Source: an uncultured Candidatus Saccharibacteria bacterium | GTDB taxonomy: Bacteria; Patescibacteriota; Minisyncoccia; Phycocordibacterales; UBA9973 | Assembly (NCBI GenBank): GCA_964645245.1 | Contig: CAZYBS010000003.1 | Location: 9,366-73,365, forward strand | DNA: 64,000 nucleotides | Reading direction: 5' to 3' | Shown here: positions 61,535 to 64,000 of the stretch, one piece after another | Layout: each line of letters begins with the position of its first letter | Position numbering within the stretch: position 1 is the first letter of the stretch | Translations under genes and position numbers: made by a program | Notes under the pieces: model-generated | The model's input: the letters and a program-made list of their open reading frames with translations, nothing else | Database searches by the model: none | Told to the model about the DNA's origin: nothing

Positions 61535-62116
61535 ATGTTCGATAATACCTGGTATTATACTTTAAGTACGATTTCGCAAACCCTAGCCGCTATATTAGCG
61601 TTAGTAGCGGTGTTTATAGTGCTACGTTTAGAAGGTTTGGGCAGAAGTATTAACGACTATCGTAGTCGAGCACTTAAAATATTAGAAATAAAGGATTTAA
61701 GTTCAAATTCTAGGGAGAAAAAAAGAAATACTATAAAAATAATCTTGGATGATCTATGTGAATTTACTCAAAATTACACAGAGTATAGAACCAAACCAGG
61801 AGTTAATGAAGATATAGGCCAATTGGCAAGCAAATACCAAAAAAATTGGCGTAGTAGCGATGACGACTTTGTTCAAGATACTCTTAACCAGCTTAATTTT
61901 TTTGTTAGCCAGAGGGATGGAGCAATCAAGTTAATTAAATGGCCAGGAATAATTATCTCGACGACCATTTGTTTATCAATTATTTTACTTAGTTTAACCT
62001 TATGGGTTATTAATAATTTATCGATAATCTTACTTGCATTGCTTGCAACCTTTTCTATATGGTCAGTTATAAGAGCTTGTTGGAAGATTTTAACGGCCAT
62101 ACAAACATTGGAATAA
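61535..62116 (+). CDS. Hypothetical membrane protein (2 N-terminal + 2 C-terminal TM helices)
   Basis: ORF with hydrophobic ends and a charged middle; no motif recognised. Confidence 0.4.
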   Translation: MFDNTWYYTLSTISQTLAAILALVAVFIVLRLEGLGRSINDYRSRALKILEIKDLSSNSREKKRNTIKIILDDLCEFTQNYTEYRTKPGVNEDIGQLASKYQKNWRSSDDDFVQDTLNQLNFFVSQRDGAIKLIKWPGIIISTTICLSIILLSLTLWVINNLSIILLALLATFSIWSVIRACWKILTAIQTLE

Positions 62117-62243
62117 GTTTCTAACTTTTTGTTAGCTAGTGGGGCAATGAAAAGTTTATATAACAATCGAAAATTTATATGCCCTGAATGTAGTTCAGGT
62201 AATTTAACTAAAACCAGACAGAGTAATTTTAGATAATGTAGTT

Positions 62244-62690
62244 ATGGTTTCCGAAACGAGGAGAAAGGAATTAGGCAACGCTTTTGTGAATGAGGGCGAC
62301 CTGCTAATTTCAAGAAGCGGAAGCGTTGGCATAGTTTCTGTTGTGCCAAAGGAGGCGGAGAGATTTGCGTTCGGCTCTTTTATGATTAAGTTCTGCTTAA
62401 ATGATAAAATAGATAGGGATTTTGTTTCTATGTGGCTTAATAATAAAATATCCCAGTTATTCATTAAACGAGAGAAAATCGGTGCTATACAAGGCAATAT
62501 AACGATAGAGACCATTGAAAATTTACAGATACCAACTCCGCCGTTGGCAACTCAAAAGAAATTAGCGGGAGAGGTTAAAGAACGATTAGCCCAAGTAAAG
62601 AAAATAAGTGCGGAAGCCCAAGAGGAAGTTGAGAAAGCAAAAGATTCTGTTGAAAATTTGATTAAAAATCAAAATAGTTATAAAATTTAG
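62244..62690 (+). pseudogene. hsdS: Type I restriction-modification specificity subunit (HsdS) fragment: partial target-recognition domain + conserved spacer
   Basis: GDLLISRSGSVGIVSVV...IPTPPLATQKKLAGEV (the canonical IPxPPLxEQxxI HsdS motif). Only 148 aa. No hsdM or hsdR in the window. Confidence 0.6.
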
Positions 62691-62692
62691 CA

Positions 62693-63127
62693 ATGAAACA
62701 CCCCAAGAAACATAGAAAAAGAGTAATAAGGCACGCTGAAAAAGGTTCTTTGGTGAAGGGGTATCTTGAGAAAAAAGATAGAAAGGGGTTTGAACTTCTT
62801 TTACCACGATATAGAGAAGTTATAGGGGACAGCTCTGGAATTTATGCTCTGTATAAAAGAAAAAAACTTTACTATGTCGGCATTGCTCAAAATTTGTTGG
62901 GTAGAGTTGAGCATCACACTAGAGGCAAACATAAAAATCGCTGGGACAAAGTTAGTTTTTTCGTAATAGATAAACACCGATATAGCAAAGACATAGAAAC
63001 CATTATTTTGAGAATAGCCGAACCGAGAGGCAACGGCACGAGGGGCAAGTTTGAGAAACACTACGAACTTCAGGACAAATTACATAAGATACAGAGAGAG
63101 ATGAAAGATTTGATTAAAAGAATATAA
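62693..63127 (+). CDS. GIY-YIG-domain protein (144 aa)
   Basis: SSGIYALYKRKKLYYVGIAQNLLGRVEHH is GIY...YVG...N..R..EH. Basic N-terminus. Confidence 0.55.
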   Translation: MKHPKKHRKRVIRHAEKGSLVKGYLEKKDRKGFELLLPRYREVIGDSSGIYALYKRKKLYYVGIAQNLLGRVEHHTRGKHKNRWDKVSFFVIDKHRYSKDIETIILRIAEPRGNGTRGKFEKHYELQDKLHKIQREMKDLIKRI

Positions 63128-63219
63128 AGAACCATACAAAGAACTTCCAATATGGGAGTTTTTTGTTTTCAAACAATAGTGAGTAGCGTGGTGGGTGGAA
63201 AAACGATATAATCGTAAAT

Positions 63220-63801
63220 ATGAAAATAGTAAGACCTTCCTCCAAACAACCTCTCCCAGAAAATGCCAAGTTAGTTTTCAAGGGCATTATTTTTGATACT
63301 TATCAATGGGAAGTGGACGGCTATGATGGCAGTAGAAAGATTTTTGAGAAATTAAAGCGTCCCGATACCGCGATGATTATTCCAATTACCGAAGATGGCA
63401 AAATTATTCTTGCTCTGCAAGAACAGCCGCACAAACCGCCATTCATAGGGACTGTAGGAGGCAGGGTTGATGAGGGTGAAGATGTTTTAGAAGCCGCCAA
63501 ACGGGAGCTTTTGGAAGAAACGGGTTATATTGCAAAAGAGTGGTTGCTTTTTGATGCCGTCCAGCCCGTTAGTAAAATTGAATGGGCAGTTTATACTTTT
63601 ATTGCCAAAGGTTGTAAGAAAGTTGCAGAACAGAACCTAGACGGTGCTGAAAAAATTGAGTTAAAATTTATCAGCTTTGAGGAATTTATTAACCTAGCCA
63701 TAAATGACGATAAGTTTGGGGATGAGTTCAAGATAAAGATTTTAGAGGCGAAACTTAATCCAAACAAAATGGCTGAAATTAAAAAGCTAATTTTAGGATA
63801 A
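63220..63801 (+). CDS. NUDIX hydrolase (ADP-ribose pyrophosphatase-like)
   Basis: Nudix box GGRVDEGEDVLEAAKRELLEETGY. Confidence 0.8.
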   Translation: MKIVRPSSKQPLPENAKLVFKGIIFDTYQWEVDGYDGSRKIFEKLKRPDTAMIIPITEDGKIILALQEQPHKPPFIGTVGGRVDEGEDVLEAAKRELLEETGYIAKEWLLFDAVQPVSKIEWAVYTFIAKGCKKVAEQNLDGAEKIELKFISFEEFINLAINDDKFGDEFKIKILEAKLNPNKMAEIKKLILG

Positions 63802-63805
63802 AAAT

Positions 63806-64000
63806 ATGAAAACAATTTTAGTAGATGCCATAGACGGTTTTGTGATAGAGGGAAAAGGTGTTTTCAAAGAAATGTATGACCTACTTGAAACCTTCCCGAA
63901 CAGAAAAATTATTTTAACTGGTGCAAAGTATGGAAAATTCAAAGAGTTGGGGTTAGCCAATATGCCCTATGCAGTTTTTACATTGGAACACAGCCCTGAA
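63806..64000 (+). CDS. Hypothetical protein, 5' part only (possible HAD-like hydrolase); runs off the window
   Basis: ATG at 63806, open to the window end; MKTILVDAIDGFVIEG resembles a HAD motif-I-like start. Weak. Confidence 0.3.
   Translation, partial: MKTILVDAIDGFVIEGKGVFKEMYDLLETFPNRKIILTGAKYGKFKELGLANMPYAVFTLEHSPE

Overview
This window looks like a low-GC (about 35-40%) reduced bacterial genome, resembling Candidate Phyla Radiation / Patescibacteria. That call rests on a compact type IV pilus cluster, ThrRS and ProRS lacking editing domains, a short rpoB, short EF-Ts and short SMC. Most of it is dense housekeeping coding.

Recognisable genes, in order: pilC (3' part), two pilins, pilD, four pseudopilins, ligA, acyP, tRNA-Ser, a UvrD/AddA-like helicase-nuclease coupled to a patatin phospholipase, trhO, pheS, gyrB, thrS, rpmF, a NusB-NUDIX fusion, rnc, a Cys-repeat protein, short SMC, a DacC-CapA fusion, rnr, rpsP, a KH protein, trmD, rpoB, rpoC, dnaG, rpoD, DsbA-like, GT2, tRNA-Thr, tsf, rpsB, proS, mreB, mreC, a polyamine cluster (decarboxylase, agmatinase, deoxyhypusine-synthase-like) with RNase P RNA embedded on the opposite strand, tRNA-Ala, and a tRNA-Asn(GUU) interrupted by a 248-nt group I intron.

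Non-housekeeping content: (1) Several families of short GC-rich hairpin-forming elements are inserted in-frame inside essential genes (ligA twice, rpoB, dnaG, mreC, the helicase, probably pilD and proS), with intergenic copies as well. Their hairpins show compensatory base changes. This is analogous to Rickettsia palindromic elements and is the most striking signal here. (2) Two different IS200/RAYT-like Y1 transposase genes are flanked by hairpin repeats. (3) Three small GIY-YIG proteins are present, two of them abutting the 5' ends of tRNA genes. (4) The tRNA-Asn and tRNA-Ala genes are flanked by partial duplications of their own ends. (5) Three high-GC islets carry small SD-led ORFs. (6) An orphan HsdS fragment is present. 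No CRISPR array was seen.
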